A stretch of DNA of 64,000 nucleotides from Squalus acanthias (GCA_030390025.1 CM059431.1:117368001-117432000); one strand, 5' to 3'; positions 1-13,904 are shown, numbered from the stretch's first letter. Notes: generated from the sequence alone by a model not told the origin. Program-made: numbers and translations.

Positions 1-207
1 AGGCCCCCTCACCAGCATTATTTAAAGGGATCATGCAATACTTACAGGTTAGTTGCTGGTTTCTTATTTCAGGCTGCTGGTTAAATTTTAGTAACTTTTT
101 TGGTCTGTTTTATCACTCTGGAAAGTTCACTTTGTGCAAACAGTGAAAGACTTTGCTGGTGTTGCACTGTTGTTGCTGTTTGCCACAGAAATAGTTTGGC
201 TGCAGAC

Positions 208-1372
208 ATGGGTGGTCTCAGAGGGCTGCCTTTGGGACTGAAGGGTGAGGGGAAGCAGCAGGGAAGACACTGCAGAGCAGGAACAGCTACCAAAAGAGGG
301 AGAAGGAGGAGGGCACTGCGTAGGAGGTCGTATCTACAGAGGGTCTTCAGGGAGCACTTCTCCTGCATTAACTTTGCACAGGAGCAAAGTCTCAGGTGCC
401 TTCACCAAGGATGCTGCCACCAAGCTATGTCACCTGCTGCAGTCACAACTCCAGCCTCATGGACATCACTACCTGCGGCTGTCAAGGTTTACCGTTACCC
501 TCAACTTTTATGCCATGGGTTCCTTTCAGGCGGCAACAAGTGACATCAGCCATATCTCACAGTTGGCCATACTAAATGTATCAGAGAGGTCACTGAGGCT
601 CTCTACACCAGGAGAAACACCTACAGCTCCTTCCCTATGGACCAAGAGAAGCAGGACATGAGATCACGACGTTTTGCTCACATGGCCGGATTCCCCAAGG
701 TGCAAAGTGCCATTGACTTCACACACATTGCATTTCATGTTTCCTATCACCAGCCTGGCATCTTTATCAATCATAAGGGATTCCAATCCTTCAACGTACA
801 GCTGGTTTGTGACCACAGGCAGCGCATCATGCAGGTAGTCACTATCGCTATCCTGGCAGCAATCAGAACTCTTTCATTCTGTGCCAGTCCTCTGTGTCAC
901 CTTTATTCCAACTAGGCTGCCAAATTACAAGCTGGGTTTTGGGCAACAAGGTCTATCCCGTTTAGACATGGCTCATGATGCATACCACAAATCCATGCAC
1001 AGCTGCAAAGTAGGCCTACAATGAAAGCCCTGCTGTCACGTGAAACATCATCGAGTAAGTAATCGGTGTGGTGAAGCAACCCTTCCGCTGCTCAGATCGT
1101 GCAGGAAGAGCTTTGCAGTACATCCCGGAGTGGATATCCAGATTTGTTGTTATCTGCTGCATGCTCCACAACTTCGACCTCAAGAGCCTTTACCACCACT
1201 TGGGCAGCAAGAAGTGCAGGAGGAGGAGCAGGAGCAGGAAGGGAAATAGGAGGAGGAGGAGCATGAAGATGCAGAAAAGAAGGAACAGGGAGGAGGAAGA
1301 GAAGTTGTGCCCACCAGTGCCTCTACCTGCCTGAGCTCTCAGAGATCAGCTCATCGAGGAGAGCTTAACCTA
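208..1372 (+). pseudogene. Harbinger (HARBI1-like) DDE transposase remnant, frameshifted
   Basis: Peptides FAHMAGFPKVQSAIDFTHIA, FINHKGFQSFNVQLVCDHRQRIMQV and VVKQPFRCSDRAGRALQYIPEWISRFVVICCMLHN across frames; acidic E-rich tail. Confidence 0.85.
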
Positions 1373-1609
1373 AATTAGCCCTCCCATCTCCAAAACACCA
1401 ATACACCAACAGTCCCACAATCCTATCACTATCCTTACTAACACTTTACTATCCTTACTACCACCATCCGATTGCCTTCCTTCAATTCATTTAGGATCTT
1501 GCCCTCACTTCACTACAAAGATAAACACCAACACCAAATCCAGGACAAAGAACAAAGCTATCAAACAAATATTGTCACAGTATGTCTGCATTGACAAAAA
1601 AATCATGAA

Positions 1610-3400
1610 TCACCCTTAGTGCCTGTCTTGCGTGCTCGTTTTGCTACCCTAGTGCTCCTATAAAGTATTTTCCCTTTAGCTACAGCTTGGGAAGTGGAAA
1701 ACTGGTGAGCTTCCATTAGGCACACTTCAGATGACCATGGAGGATGACCTCGGGCAGCTCTGGGCCTTGACCCTGGCAGCAGCCTGTGGCATCTCAGCAA
1801 GGGTCAGGGCAATATGGCCGAGCTGGCTGTGTGGTACTAACAAAGGCACTGGTGGAGTAGATGGTGGGGGAGCAGGCACGCTGTCATCCTGAGATACGAC
1901 AGTAATTGCCTCTCCCATGGAGCCAAGGCCACTCATCTTGGATTATACCTCAGCACTCCTATGGCTCTGCTCGAGAACAGAATGCAAGAGTAGCTGACGC
2001 TCTGGAAGCCCCCTGTCAACAGTGGCCCCCAAAGCCAAGATGGCAGTCATCTGAGCTTCCATGGCAGCTGTGAGAGCTGTCAGGAGAGATCCATGACAGG
2101 GAGGGGCGCCAATGTAGTGCTAATGGTGATGACCACTCAGTCCATGTCAGACCAAATGGTCTCCATGCTCTGCACAAAGCCTTGAGACAAGTTGAAGCTG
2201 GACTTTGCCATACTCCATGACATTGTGCGTAAACTCTCTGTCAGTTTGCCCAGTATACCTAGCATTTTCTGGTAGATGCCATTCAGCCTGTATTGGTAGA
2301 CTGTGCCCTCAAAGTCAACATCTGAGTCCTCTGTAGCAGAACTAGTATGCGACCTTGCCCTCCGGCGAGCTGGAACCTGTAACATCCTTTCCCCCTGCCC
2401 CAGCTCTTATGCACTTGTGCCCTGTGAGTCACCACGTGTAGACACCTCTTCTAACCTAGCCTCTAAAGTATGCGTGGAGCCAATCACTGAGCTGGTGCTT
2501 GCGAGGGTGAGATCGAGTGACGAATCATCTTCCGGAAGGCTGGCCTCCTCTTCCTGCATTGACACAGGGGCTTCCACATCACCTGAAATGACAGAGAAGG
2601 GCAAGAGTCAGCTTGCGGTGTGAGGTGAGAGCAGAGAGAGGGAATGGGCTGGTGAAAGCATCTGCAGCTTGTCATGCAGAGTGTGTAGGGTGAGAGAGAA
2701 GTCAGAAGGGACAAAAAGGATTAGGTATAAGGAAACCCTGCGCAACATCTCCTCCAGTGTTGCCAATCACCACAGCCTTGATTCTGCCCCTGCCCGTGAT
2801 GGCCAGCATGCTTTCTTCGGGGTGTTGGGGTGGGAGGAGAGGATCTGCAGGCAGGTTCTTCCTCCTACAGTGCCAGCCAGCTGTCTGGAGTTGTTTGTAA
2901 CCTTGTTTTGCAAGACAGAAGGAAGTGTGTTAGTGAGAGTCTTGTGAGGTGTTTGGAGCATGTAGCTGTCATTTTTGAATAGCTGATAGTCAGTATGTGA
3001 GTTGTGGTTATTGAGTGATGTAATAGTGATGAGAGTGTGAGTATGAAGAGAATGCAGTGTGGTGCAGTGATGGTAGGAGAGTGAGGGGAAGTTGGGAAGG
3101 GGAGTCTTGCGAGTGTTGTGATTAATGAGGCTATAAGTGATGCGACTGTAAGCAGAGCGTAAGAGAGCAGTATACTTACCTTAAGAACTCTAGTTTGATC
3201 ATTGAATTTCTTCTGGCATCACAGCCATGTCCTGGGTGGAATTTTCCTGGCATTCACATGCTCCACTGTTTCTTCCCATTGAATGCAGGGAGGAAGAGGA
3301 TGTCCTTCCTCCCGCCCAGTGCCTGCACCAGGGCCTCCAAGGCAGCATCAGAAAATCTTGGTGCCTTCTCAGTACTTGCTTCAGCCATACCTCTCCTTCC
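1610..3400 (-). pseudogene. Harbinger Myb/SANT-like DNA-binding gene remnant (multi-exon)
   Basis: APRFSDAALEALVQAL at ~3320-3365 (-), donor at ~3173-3178, downstream low-complexity ORF fragments (2407-2604, 2137-2385) resembling the Myb exon 3 at 30047-30877. Confidence 0.7.
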
Positions 3401-3944
3401 AAAATGCACCTCCCCTTTAAGATTTGCTGGCTGTCTTTAAGTGGTGTCATAGATGCCTCATATCTGGTTGGTACATGGTACTATTGGTACATGGAACTCG
3501 GCTAATTCAGGCTTCTGAAAAGTGCTCATGTTTAGCTCATTCAATAAAGAGCAACAAAAGTGATTGACATCATTGAATAGAGAAAGAGAGAGATAGAGAT
3601 AGATATGGATTTCACTTAGCAACAGTCAGTTTGTTCAAGTAATCAGTTTCAGGGCTTTGGGACTGAAACTGGGATTCCTGCCAATAGGATGTTCAACAAT
3701 GACATTGCAACTTACACAAGAAGAGGTTGATGTACATTGCAAAAGATTGTTGATGTACATATGTTATAGAGAAATGTAAACTTGTGTGCGTAAGAATCGG
3801 CTGAAGAACGGTGCATTGATGAAGACTACCATATAAGGCAAGGCCATTTCCTGGCATGTTTGAATTTCTAAGCCTTGATATCCAGCACACCCATGGACCA
3901 GAAACTCATACAGCACCCTCCCCTACTCCCTTTTACATTAAAAA

Positions 3945-4250
3945 AAAAGAATTCTCGGTATGTGGGCCTTACTGGCAAGATCAGCATTTATTCTCCTTCC
4001 CTAGTTGCTCATGAGAAGGTGGTGTTGTGCCTTTTTCTAACTGAATGACTTGCTTGGCTTCTGCAGAGGGCAGTTAAGAGTCAACCAGGTTGGTATGGGA
4101 CTGGAGTCACATATAGGCCAGACCTGGTAACTATGGCAGGTTTCCTTCCCTAAAGGGCATTAATGAGCCAGTTGGGTTTTTACAACAATCCTACAGCTTC
4201 ATGGTCACATTTACCGATACCAGCTTTTCATTTATAAATTTCTAAAACTG
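3945..4250 (-). mobile_element. SINE-like element whose 3' tail is shared with the CR1-group LINE at 33175
   Basis: 3955-4030 (GTGGGC..CTGGCAAG..CAGCATTTATT..CCCTAGTTGC..GAGAAGGTGGTG) matches the LINE tail at 33190-33270 and, in reverse, 56800-56890; non-coding body. Confidence 0.6.
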
Positions 4251-6370
4251 AATTAACAACTAAAATTAGAGGGGCACAATTAGATATCTATGACTTAAAA
4301 CTAAATTGCAAAAATGTAAGTTACAGGAGCTGTGATTATTAATCTACAAAGCTATTTGAATTTCTTAGCATTTTTCTATCTGATCATTTTGAATCAGTAT
4401 TTGGTAGAATAACTTGTCATTTTTTGTGTGTGGGACTGTGTGGGTGTATGGGTAGGTGTTTGTTTGGAGGGGGTGAACATACTTGACCAGCTTAAAGACA
4501 TCATATAGCTAAGCTAGCAACAGGCTTAGCAACAGGAAAGAAACATGCTTCAAAGAGAAAATAATCAAAGAACCTCTTTCCTTTGTAAATCTGTTGTGTG
4601 TATGAGGGTGAGAAAATTTCATACTAATTAAATCTGAGGAATAAGATTGCTGTAGAATAGAAATGGGTTGTCTTTTAATCACTGCAACAGCGATTCAATG
4701 ATATCAACAATCACTGAAACAGGAATTAGAAGTATTTTCTATAAAATATCTGTGTGACCTATTTTTTATAATTGATGATTTCAGGAATAATTAATTGGAC
4801 TTGGCTTGAATGCAGTGGAAAATAGTACCTTTTGTGAAAGTGTTGCTTGGCATTTATCTCCACAACAAAATGGTTCAGGGTCTTTACTAAAACTGCAGGC
4901 ATTAATTACCTGTATAAACGCTATGTAAATAATTGCCTATAATCCTTTCTCTAGTAATTGACTATTAGAATTGCCCTCAAAATGGTTTGGGAAATGTATC
5001 TCCATTGTTGCTTGTGTGGATAATTGCTTAATGTGTTTTTTCAAAATCCAGAATGGTTATTAGTCATTAGTGTCTGACTATTCTGATTCATTGGGTGAAA
5101 AAGCGGGTGAAAATTATTAAAAGATTAACATGTAGCACAGTAGCTCTAGCAGTATAGCATAATACTCAATCTAAAAGTCGGTAAAAGAAGGAAAAATTGC
5201 ACCTACATTACGTTTTATATCTCTCAGAAACATCTGTTGGACATCTTAGAGAGTTATATGTTGGGCATCTTGGAGAATTACGGGTTAATAATTTAACTTC
5301 TTTCTATCTTTGAGAAACAGGCTTTCCAAGATAGACAAGATAGTTTCAGGGTGCCACAGAAGAAAGCATAGCTTATCTTTTGTTCCAAATGTCTGAGTAT
5401 TATCTATGAGAAATGCTTGAGCAAGGAAATAAGTGACTGGGATGAAATCAACCATGAGTGATTAAAGCACAACATTAGTGGCTAGTGTAATAAATATAGG
5501 CAGAGGGGTCCATTAACTATAATATAGAAAAATAAACGGTTAATAAACCTACTCCTCAAAGGATTTGAGAACAGTTAAGTCAAGAAGTCTTGTTTGAGAG
5601 AAGTATCTTTGAAGTAAAAACTATGACTGTTTATGTAAATAGAGGGGGGTGATTTCCAGCAGCACATTCAGGGGCTAAAGAGCCTCTGAGGTGGCCAAGA
5701 TGGAGTCATGAGCTGAAATGTCAGTTTAGTCTGTGTTTAGCTCAAGATGCTATCTTCGTAAAGGAGTTGAAGCAAGCGCTAGGAACAGCCGCCCGGAGGC
5801 ACGTTAAGGCACTGATTGCCACTTAAAATGTCTGCTAGCACTCATTAAGGAGATTTCATGGCATTTCGGTGGCTAGTGCTAGTCCTAACGCCCTCTCCTA
5901 ACAGCGACCAGTTGTTTGGGAGTAGACAAATTGTTGATGTGGATTTCAAGCGCTGCATAAAGGGATACTCACCATTTCATATTCACTTGCTGCTGGAGCT
6001 GTGAAGAGGACCTCTGAATCACATCAGCAGGCTTTCTGGGACACTTTGTCAAGACTTCACCAACACTCAAGCAACATTTATTTTGCAAATTCTCTAAGGA
6101 CTTCACTTGAAAAGAGTAAGTGCTGTGCTACTCTACGTTATTGGACACCTTATAGGAGTCACCAGGATAAAGGAAGTTCTTGGTTATAAGTATCTTGCTA
6201 GGGGACCCTCTTGGTCTGGACGATGAGGCCAGGCAGAGCAGCACCAGCTGCTGCAGGAGAGAGGGCAAGGAGGAAGAGGTGGCATCCTTTCCCCCTGCGG
6301 GGTAGATAAGCAGTGGCAGACATTTAAGGAGATATTTCATAACCCTCGGCAAAGGTTTATTCCAGTGAGA

Positions 6371-8892
6371 AAGAACATAAAAACATAAGAACGTAAGAAA
6401 TAAGAGCAGGATTAGACCATACGGCCCCTCGAGCCTGCTCCGCCATTCAATAAGATCATGGATGATCATCAACCTCAACTCCAATTTCCCGCCCGATCCC
6501 CATATCCCTTGATTCCCCAAGAGTCCAAAAATCTATCGATCTCTGCCTTGAGTATACTCAAAGACTCAGCCCTCTGGGGCAGAGAGTTCCAAAGATTCAC
6601 AACCCTCTGAGTGAAGAAATTCCTCCTCATCTCAGTCTTAAATGGACTACCCCTTATCCTGAGACTATGCCCCATAGTTCTAGATACTCCAGCCAGGGGA
6701 AGCAACCTCTCAGCATCTACCCTGTCAATCCCCTTCAGAATCTTCTATGTTTCAATGAGAACACCTCTCATTCTTCTAAACTCCAGAGAGTATAGGCCCA
6801 TTCTACGCAACCTCTCATCATAGGACAGCCCTCTCATCCCAAGAATCAATCTAGTGAACCTTTGTTGCACTGCCTCCAAGGCAAGTATATCCTTCCTTAG
6901 ATAAGGAGACCAAAACTGTGCACAGAACTCCAGGTGTGGTCTCACCAAGGCCCTGCACAATTGTAAGAAGTCGCACAACACCAGGTTATAGTCCAACAGT
7001 TTATTTGAAATTACAAGCTTTCGGAGCTCGACTTCTCATTTTTGTCCACCCCAGTCCAACACTGGCATCTCCACATCTGTACAATTGTAGCAAGACTTCC
7101 TTACACTTATACTCCAATCCCCTGGCAATAAAGGCCAACATGCCATTTGCCTTCATTATTGCTTGCTGTACCTGCATGCTAGTTTTCTGTATTTCTTGCA
7201 CGAGGACACCCAAATCTCTCTGAACACCAACATTTGAAAGTTTCTCACCATTTCAAAAATATTCTGTTTTTCTATTCTTCCTACCAAAGTGAATAACCTA
7301 ACATTTCCCTACATTATACTCCATCTGCCACCTTCCTGCTCACTCACTTAGTCTATCTATATCCCTTTGCAGACTCTTTGTGTTCTCCTCATAGCTTACT
7401 GTCCCACCTAGCTTTGTATCATCAGCAAACTTGGATACATTACACTCAGTCCCTTCATCTAGGTCAATAATATAGATTGTAAATAGCTGAGGCCCCAACA
7501 CTGATCCTTGCGGCACCCCACTAGTTACAGCCTGCCAACCTGAAAAAGATCCGTTTATCCCTACTCTCTGTTTTCTGTCCGTTAACCAATCCTCTATCCA
7601 TGCTATTATATTACTCCCAGCTCCATGAGTCCTAATCTTGTGTAATAACCTTTTATGTGGCACCTTATCCAATGCCTTTTGGAAATCCAAATATACTAGA
7701 TCCACTGGTTCCCCTTTATCTACCCTGCTAGTTACATCCTCAAAGAACTCTATTAAATTTGTCAAACGCGATTTTCCTTTCATAAGACCATGTTGACTCT
7801 GCCTAATCATGTTATGATTTTCGAAGTGACTTGATACCACTTCCTTAACAATGAATTACAGCATTTTCCCGATGACTGATGTCAGGCTAACTGGCCTGAA
7901 GATCCCTGTTTTTTCTCTCCCTCCTTTCTTGAATAGCGGTGTTACATTTGCAACCTTCCAATCCACTGGGACCATTCCAGAATCTGGGGAATTTTGGAAG
8001 ATCAAAACAAAGTCATCCACTATCTCTTCAGCCACCTCTTTTAGAACCCTAGGATGTAGGCCATCAGGCCCAGGGGATTTTTTGGCTTTTAGTCCCATTA
8101 GTTTTTCTTGTACTTTTTCTCTACTTATATTAATTACATTAAGTTCCTCACCATCATTTTTGGTAAGCTTTTTGTGTCTTCTACTGTAAAGACAGATACA
8201 AAATATTTGTTGAACAGTTCTGCCATTTCCTTATTCCCCATAATAATTTCTCCTGTCTCAGCCTCTAAGGGACCAACATTTACTTTTGCTACTCTTTTCC
8301 TTTTTACTTACTTGTAGAAACTCTTACAATCTGCTTTCATATTTCTTGCTAGTTTTCACTCATATTCTATTTTTTTCCTTTTAATCAACTTTTTGGTCAA
8401 CCTTTGCTGGTTTCTGAAACTCTCCCAACCTCAGGGTTACTATTGTTCTTTGCAACATTATAAGCTTCTTCTTTCAATCTATTGCTATCCTTAACTTCTT
8501 TAGTTAGCCACAGTTGGATCACTTTTCCCATAATGTTTTTGTTTCTCAATGGAATGTATTTTTGTTGAGAATATTTCTTGAAATATTTCTTTAAATGCTA
8601 GCCACTGCTTATCTACCGCCATACCTTTTAATCTATTTTTCCAATCTACCTTAGCCAACTTGCTCCTCATACCTATGTAATTGGCTTTTTTTAAGTTTAA
8701 GACTCTAGTTTCAGACTTAGGCAAGTCACTCTCAAAATTACAGTGAAATTCTATCATATTATGATCACTCTGCCCCAGAGGATCCTTTACTATGAGATTG
8801 CTAATTAACCCTGTCTCATTACACAATACAAGCTCAAAAATAGCCTGTTCCCTGGTTGGTTCCATGACATATTGTTCTAGGAAACTGTCCCA
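6371..8892 (-). mobile_element. CR1 LINE, 5'-truncated (end of endonuclease, RT, 3' UTR)
   Basis: ORF fragments [63 protein letters not shown]; (TTCTTATG)n-like tail at 6371-6400. Confidence 0.95.
6966..7076. mobile_element. 111-bp Penelope-like (family 1) terminal fragment with internal inversion, inserted in CR1
   Basis: Matches 18887-18990 in two oppositely oriented pieces; flanked by 13-bp TSD CTGCACAATTGTA / CTGTACAATTGTA (6953-6965, 7077-7089). Confidence 0.85.
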
Positions 8893-10962
8893 AAGAAAGA
8901 CTCTACAAGAAGGATGAACCATCTGTGGCTAACTAAGGAAGTTAAGGATGGTATCAAATTGAAGGAAAAGGCATACAATGTTGCAAAGATTAGTGGTAGC
9001 CCAGAGGGTTGGGAACTTTTTAGAAACCAGCAAAGGATAACTAAAAAATAATAAAGAGGGAGAAGGTAAATTATGAGAGTAAACTCGCAAAAAAATTAAA
9101 AAACAGACAGTAAGAGCTTCTATAGGTATATAAAAAGGAAGAGAGTAGCTAAAGTAAATGCTGGTCCCTTAGAGGATGAGACTGGGAAATTAATAATGGG
9201 AAACAGGGAAATGGCAAGACTTTGAACAAATATTTTGTATCGTTCTTCACGGTAGAAGACACTAAAAGCATCCCAATAATAATTGATAATCAATGGGCTA
9301 TAGGGAGGGAGGAACTTAAAACAATCACTATCACTAGAGAAAAAGCACTAGGCAAACTAATGGGAATAAAGGCTGACAAGTCCCCTGGACCTGATGGTCT
9401 GCATCCTAGGGTTTTAAAAGAAGTGGCTGCACAGATAGTGGATGCGTTGGTTGTAATCTACCAAAATTCCCTGGATTCTGGAGAGGTCCCAGCAGATTGG
9501 AAAACCGCAAATGTAACTCCTCAATTCAAGAAAGGAGGGAGACAGAAAGCAGGAAACTATAGGCCAGTTAGCCTAACATCTGTCATTGGGAAAATGCTGG
9601 AATCCATTATTAAGGAAGTAATAGCAGGACATTTAGAAAATCATAATACAATCAAGCAGAGTCAGCATGGTTTTATGAAAGGGAAATCATGTTTGACAAA
9701 TTTACTAGAGTTCTTTGAGGATGTAGCGAGCAGGGTGGATAAAGGGGAACCAGTAGATGTAGTGTATTTGGATTTCCAGAAGGCATTCGATAAGGTGTTG
9801 CATAAAAGGTTACTGCACAAGATAAGAGCTCATGATGTTGGGGGTAATATATTAGATTGGATAGAGGATTGGCTAACTAACAGAAAACAGATATTCGTTA
9901 AAAAATGGGTCATTTTCAGGTTGGCAAACTGTATCTAGTGGGGTGCCACAGGGATCAGTGCTGGGGCCTCAACTATTTACAATCTATATTAATGTCTTGG
10001 ATGAAGGGACCGAGTGTACTGTTGCCAAATTTGCTGACGATACAAAGATAGGTGGGAAAAAAAGTTGTGAAGGGTCACAAAGTGTCTGCAAAGGGATATA
10101 GATAGGTTAAGTGTGTGGACAAAAATTTGGCAGATGGTGTATAATGTGGGAAAATGTGAGGTTATCTACTTTGGTAGGAAGATTAAAAAAGCAAAATATT
10201 ATTTAAATGGAGAGAGACTACAGATTTCTGCGGTACAGAGGGATCTGAGTGTCCTCGTACATGAAACACAAAAAGTTAGCATGCAGGTACAGCAAGTAAT
10301 CAGGAAGGCAAATGGAATGTTGGCCTTTATTGCAAGGGGGATGGAGTATAAAAGTAGGGAAGTCTTGCTACAACTGTACAGGGCGTTGGTGAGACCACAC
10401 CTGGAGTACTGCGTACAGTTTTGGTCTCCTTATTTAAGGAAGGATATACTTGCATTGGAGGCAGTTCAGAGAAGGTTCACTAGGTTGATTCCTGAGTTGA
10501 AGCGGTTGTCTTATGAGGAAAGGTTGAGCAGGTTGGGCCTATACTCATTTGAGTTTAGAAGAATGAGAGGTGATCTTATTGAAACATGTAAGATTCTGAG
10601 GTGGCTTGACAGGGTAGATGCAGGGAGGATGTTTCCTCTCGTGGGGGAATCTAGAACTAGGGGACATAGTTTCAGAATAAGGGGTCGCCCATTTAAAACA
10701 GAGATGAGGAGGAAATTCTTCTCTCAGAGGGTCGGGAAACTTTGGAATTCTCTGCCCCAGAGAGCTGTGGAGGCTGGGTCATTGAATATATTTAAGGTGG
10801 AGATAGACAGATTTTTGAAAAATAGTGGAATCAAGGGTTATGGGGAGCGGGCAGGAAAGTGGAGTTGAACCCAAGATCAGATCAGCCTTGATCTTATTGA
10901 ATGGCGGAGCAGGCTCGAGGGGCCGAATGGCCTACTCCTGCTCCTATTTCTTATGTTCTTAC
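8893..10962 (+). mobile_element. CR1 LINE, 5'-truncated RT plus 3' UTR
   Basis: ORFs 9222-9938 and 10113-10868 with CR1 RT motifs (NYRPVSLTS, YLDFQKAFDKV, FADD, RPHLEYCVQFWSPY); TTCTTATG tail. Confidence 0.95.
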
Positions 10963-11639
10963 GGGTACAGCACAGCCCTCCTCCTCTGGACCTCCTCCAC
11001 CAGGACCTCCAGAGCCGCATCTGAGAAACTGTTCTCCCTCTCCCTTGGTCCTTGAGCCATCCTGCAACGTGCTGCTGTGTGCCAGCCAGCACACTCCACA
11101 CTTTCAGTGGAAGCAGGTGCAAGGAGCCCACATATACTGCTCAATGAAAATTGTGTCTAATCAGTGCTAAACCTGCAGGTGTCTCTGTTTTAGCACCTCC
11201 AGGCAAGTTCAAATTATGGTAGTCAGCAATTACGACCAAACAATGCGTGCTAAATCCAGATTTTTAAGCAGGTGTGTCTTATTAGCACAGCATCCATTTA
11301 GCGCCTGTTTTCACCCTTTGTCCAAAATAACCCCCAAACTGTTTTCAAAGGATTCAGGAACAGTTACATCATGAGGTCTTATCTGTGACATGTACCTTTG
11401 ATGTAGGTAAACTAAGTTGTTTAGAGAAGTATGGTTTTCAACAGTTATTTGGAGAGCTCGTAAGATACAGAAACCAAAAAGCTACTCTCTGTATACAACA
11501 TAGATTGACCACCTGTGCTGTATATCAATAACGTCTGTTCCGTATACTCCATCAAGTGTCTCGTGCTTATTTGAAGCGTGTCGTTGTGAACCACAGAAGG
11601 AAGGAGTTTGACTAACAGTTGATCCTTAACAATATCCAG

Positions 11640-11830
11640 AAGCACTTCACATACATGAATTACTTTGAAGTGCAGTAACTGTTGTTATGTGGGGAAAGCA
11701 ACAGCTAATTTCACACATTGAGGTCCTACAAGCAATAATGAGATGAATGATGAATTCATTTATTTTTGGTGGTGTTGATTGAGAGAGGAATGTTGTCCAG
11801 TGTACTGGGATTACCCTCCGCTCTTCCACA
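11640..11830 (-). mobile_element. Deu-domain SINE fragment (diverged)
   Basis: Reverse complement resembles the 14090-14385 copy. Confidence 0.65.
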
Positions 11831-11984
11831 AGCAATGACAATACAGAGGTTGAAGTGTGCTAAGATTGCCCAGGGCACCATTTTGGTTCTTGTCTCATTG
11901 GATACTTACAGGCTTTTGATTTTCTCATAGGATTTCCAAAATTGGGCTTTTTGCATTGGTAGTTAGATTTGGTAAGATTAGGAA

Positions 11985-12360
11985 ACATGTAAGATTCTGA
12001 GGGGGATTGACAGGGTAGATGCTGAGAGGTTGTTTCCCCTGGCCGGAGAGTCTAGAACTAGGGGGCATAGTCTCAGGATAAGGGATCAGCCATTTAAAAC
12101 TGAGATGAGGAGGAATTTCTTCACTCAGAGGGTGGTGAATCTTTGAAATTCTCTACCCAAAAGGGCTATGGATGCTGAGTCATTGAGTACATTCAAGGCT
12201 GAGATCGATAGATTTTTGGACTCGAGGGGAATCAAGGGATATGCGGATCAGGCAGTATAGTGGAGTTGAGGTCGAAGATCAGCTATGATCTTATTTAATG
12301 GCGGAGCAGGCTCGAAGGGCCGTATGGCCTTCTCCTGCTCCTAATTCTTGCGTTCTTATG
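11985..12360 (+). mobile_element. CR1 3' fragment
   Basis: Matches 10583-10960; ends TTCTTGCGTTCTTATG. Confidence 0.9.
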
Positions 12361-12475
12361 AAAGGATTAGTGGCATTTAAACTTCGTTGTTATCATTGGA
12401 CATGTTGCCGCAGATTTCTGTTTAACACAGAGATTGATAGAAATAACTTTCCCTCATATACCTCAAAAAGAATTT

Positions 12476-13776
12476 GGCCTGGAGTTTCCGCTTGGTTGTG
12501 CTGGTTTTTTTGGCGCAATTCAGCCGAAATCAGTGTAACCGGCGCAAAAGATCATGGAATTTTAAGCGCAATTTGCGTTCAGCGCAACTCGAGTTTCCAC
12601 GATCTTTTGCGCTACTTTTAAAAACATCGCGTTGGAAGCAGGCCCCGCCCACAAAATTGGTCATGCCCCCAGGGTGAATTAATCACCATTGGGAGTTTCC
12701 ACTAATTGCGCTCGTTTGCAAGACTTCAGGGAGGCTTTAAAAATTAAGCTGTCTCTTTTGGACGTAAGGATACTAAAAGCTACATTTTAAGGCTTTGGGC
12801 TGGATTTTGATACTGGGGCGGGCTTGGGGTCGTGTCATCCACTTTTTGTGTTATCCACCCGACTCCAATTCGATGTGGGAGATTGATGCGATTTTCACCT
12901 AATTGGGCAATTGAGTTCCAGCATGTGGGAACCCATGAACCAATTAGTGGTTTCAGTCTGAAAGTCGCCTCTGATGATGTCATCATTGCTGCTGCATTGA
13001 AGGTCTGCAAAGACTGCCTGGCCTTTGCTGTGAGAGGACCTGGAGGCAAAATGAGCAGCAGCAGCCCTAAGTCTGCTCCCAGATATTTCACTGCCACCAC
13101 CACCACCACCACCACCCTCGAAGGTTCATTCATCAAATCCCCATTGTAATAGTGGGCCTACAGCTCGTCAGCAATCCAAATGTGCTACCGCCAGGTTTCA
13201 TATTCATGGTTCAGAACAGGCGTGCGTCACGTGGAAAAAGGGTTAAAATCACAAAGGCCTTTCAAAATGGCATTATAGAGGCAATTTAGTGCCTTAACGG
13301 CCTATCCCGCCTCCTGGAGGCGGGACGGAGTCGGGACCAGCAGATACGATTTAATGAAAATTGCGTGGAGGCGGGATGGAGGCGGACTTGTGCCCGCCCG
13401 CCAGTTTTCGCAATTTTAACCCCCCACACGCCTCCAAACCCGCCTCCGCGGGTCAATGAAAATTCTGCCCATTGTTTTACTTTACTAAGAAACTCACTAA
13501 AAATGCCTATTTTTGTGATAAACCTATTTACAGCTGTTTTAATCAAACTTCACCAAGTTACCACTTTTAAATATAAGGAAAGTTTTTAAAGCAAAATTGA
13601 AAAAAAAAGTACTTTTTAAAATGCTGCCTGATTGCGCTGGTTCATGGCAGATTTTGCGTTCAGCAATATGCAAATGAGTTTGAGTGGAAACTCGGGGAAT
13701 TAAGACACTTTTCAGAAGGGCGCAATTTTGGGCAGGCCGGAATCAGCAATTGCGCCCAAAGCGGAAACTCTACCCC
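12476..13776. mobile_element. Harbinger-type MITE (family A) hosting a nested element
   Basis: TIRs GGCCTGGAGTTTCCGCTT / rc GGGGTAGAGTTTCCGCTT; TTT/TTT 3-bp TSD. Confidence 0.8.
12797..13470. mobile_element. Harbinger-type MITE family B, copy 1 (nested)
   Basis: Termini GGGCTGGATTTT / AAAATTCTGCCC; highly similar to 50750-51484. Confidence 0.85.
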
Positions 13777-13904
13777 TTTAAATACTAGCTTAGAAATTCT
13801 TGCCAGTGAAAATGTGTCAGAACTGGGCGAACAGGGGCTGAAAACTGCAAGTTCAGAAAACAACTGTCATCCCACCTACTTTATGCATTGTGCAATTTCC
13901 TTAC

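Larger units (their letters stand above)
1..3500. mobile_element. Degenerate PIF/Harbinger DNA transposon with convergent transposase (+) and Myb/SANT (-) genes; left end lies outside the window
   Basis: Transposase motifs on + (208-1370) and a Myb-like segment APRFSDAALEALV on - (~3177-3400) followed by a GTAAGT donor; two-gene convergent layout typical of Harbinger. Confidence 0.85.
5645..11335. mobile_element. Harbinger element whose centre is replaced by two head-to-head CR1 fragments
   Basis: Termini GGGGGTGATTT (5645) and AAAATAACCCCC (11324-11335); transposase 5' region 6100-6370; Myb N-terminus SFSDAALEVLVEEVQRRRAVLYP on - at 10963-11060. Confidence 0.7.

Noticed and set aside
208..1372. 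Domesticated HARBI1 gene
   Set aside because: Multiple frameshifts and stops; embedded in a transposon with several similar decayed copies in the window
9222..10868. Active reverse transcriptase gene
   Set aside because: 5'-truncated, frameshifted near 9900 and 10075, no intact endonuclease
12780..13149. Paralogous small genes (similar ORFs at 50802-51135)
   Set aside because: Both lie in copies of the same non-autonomous MITE family B
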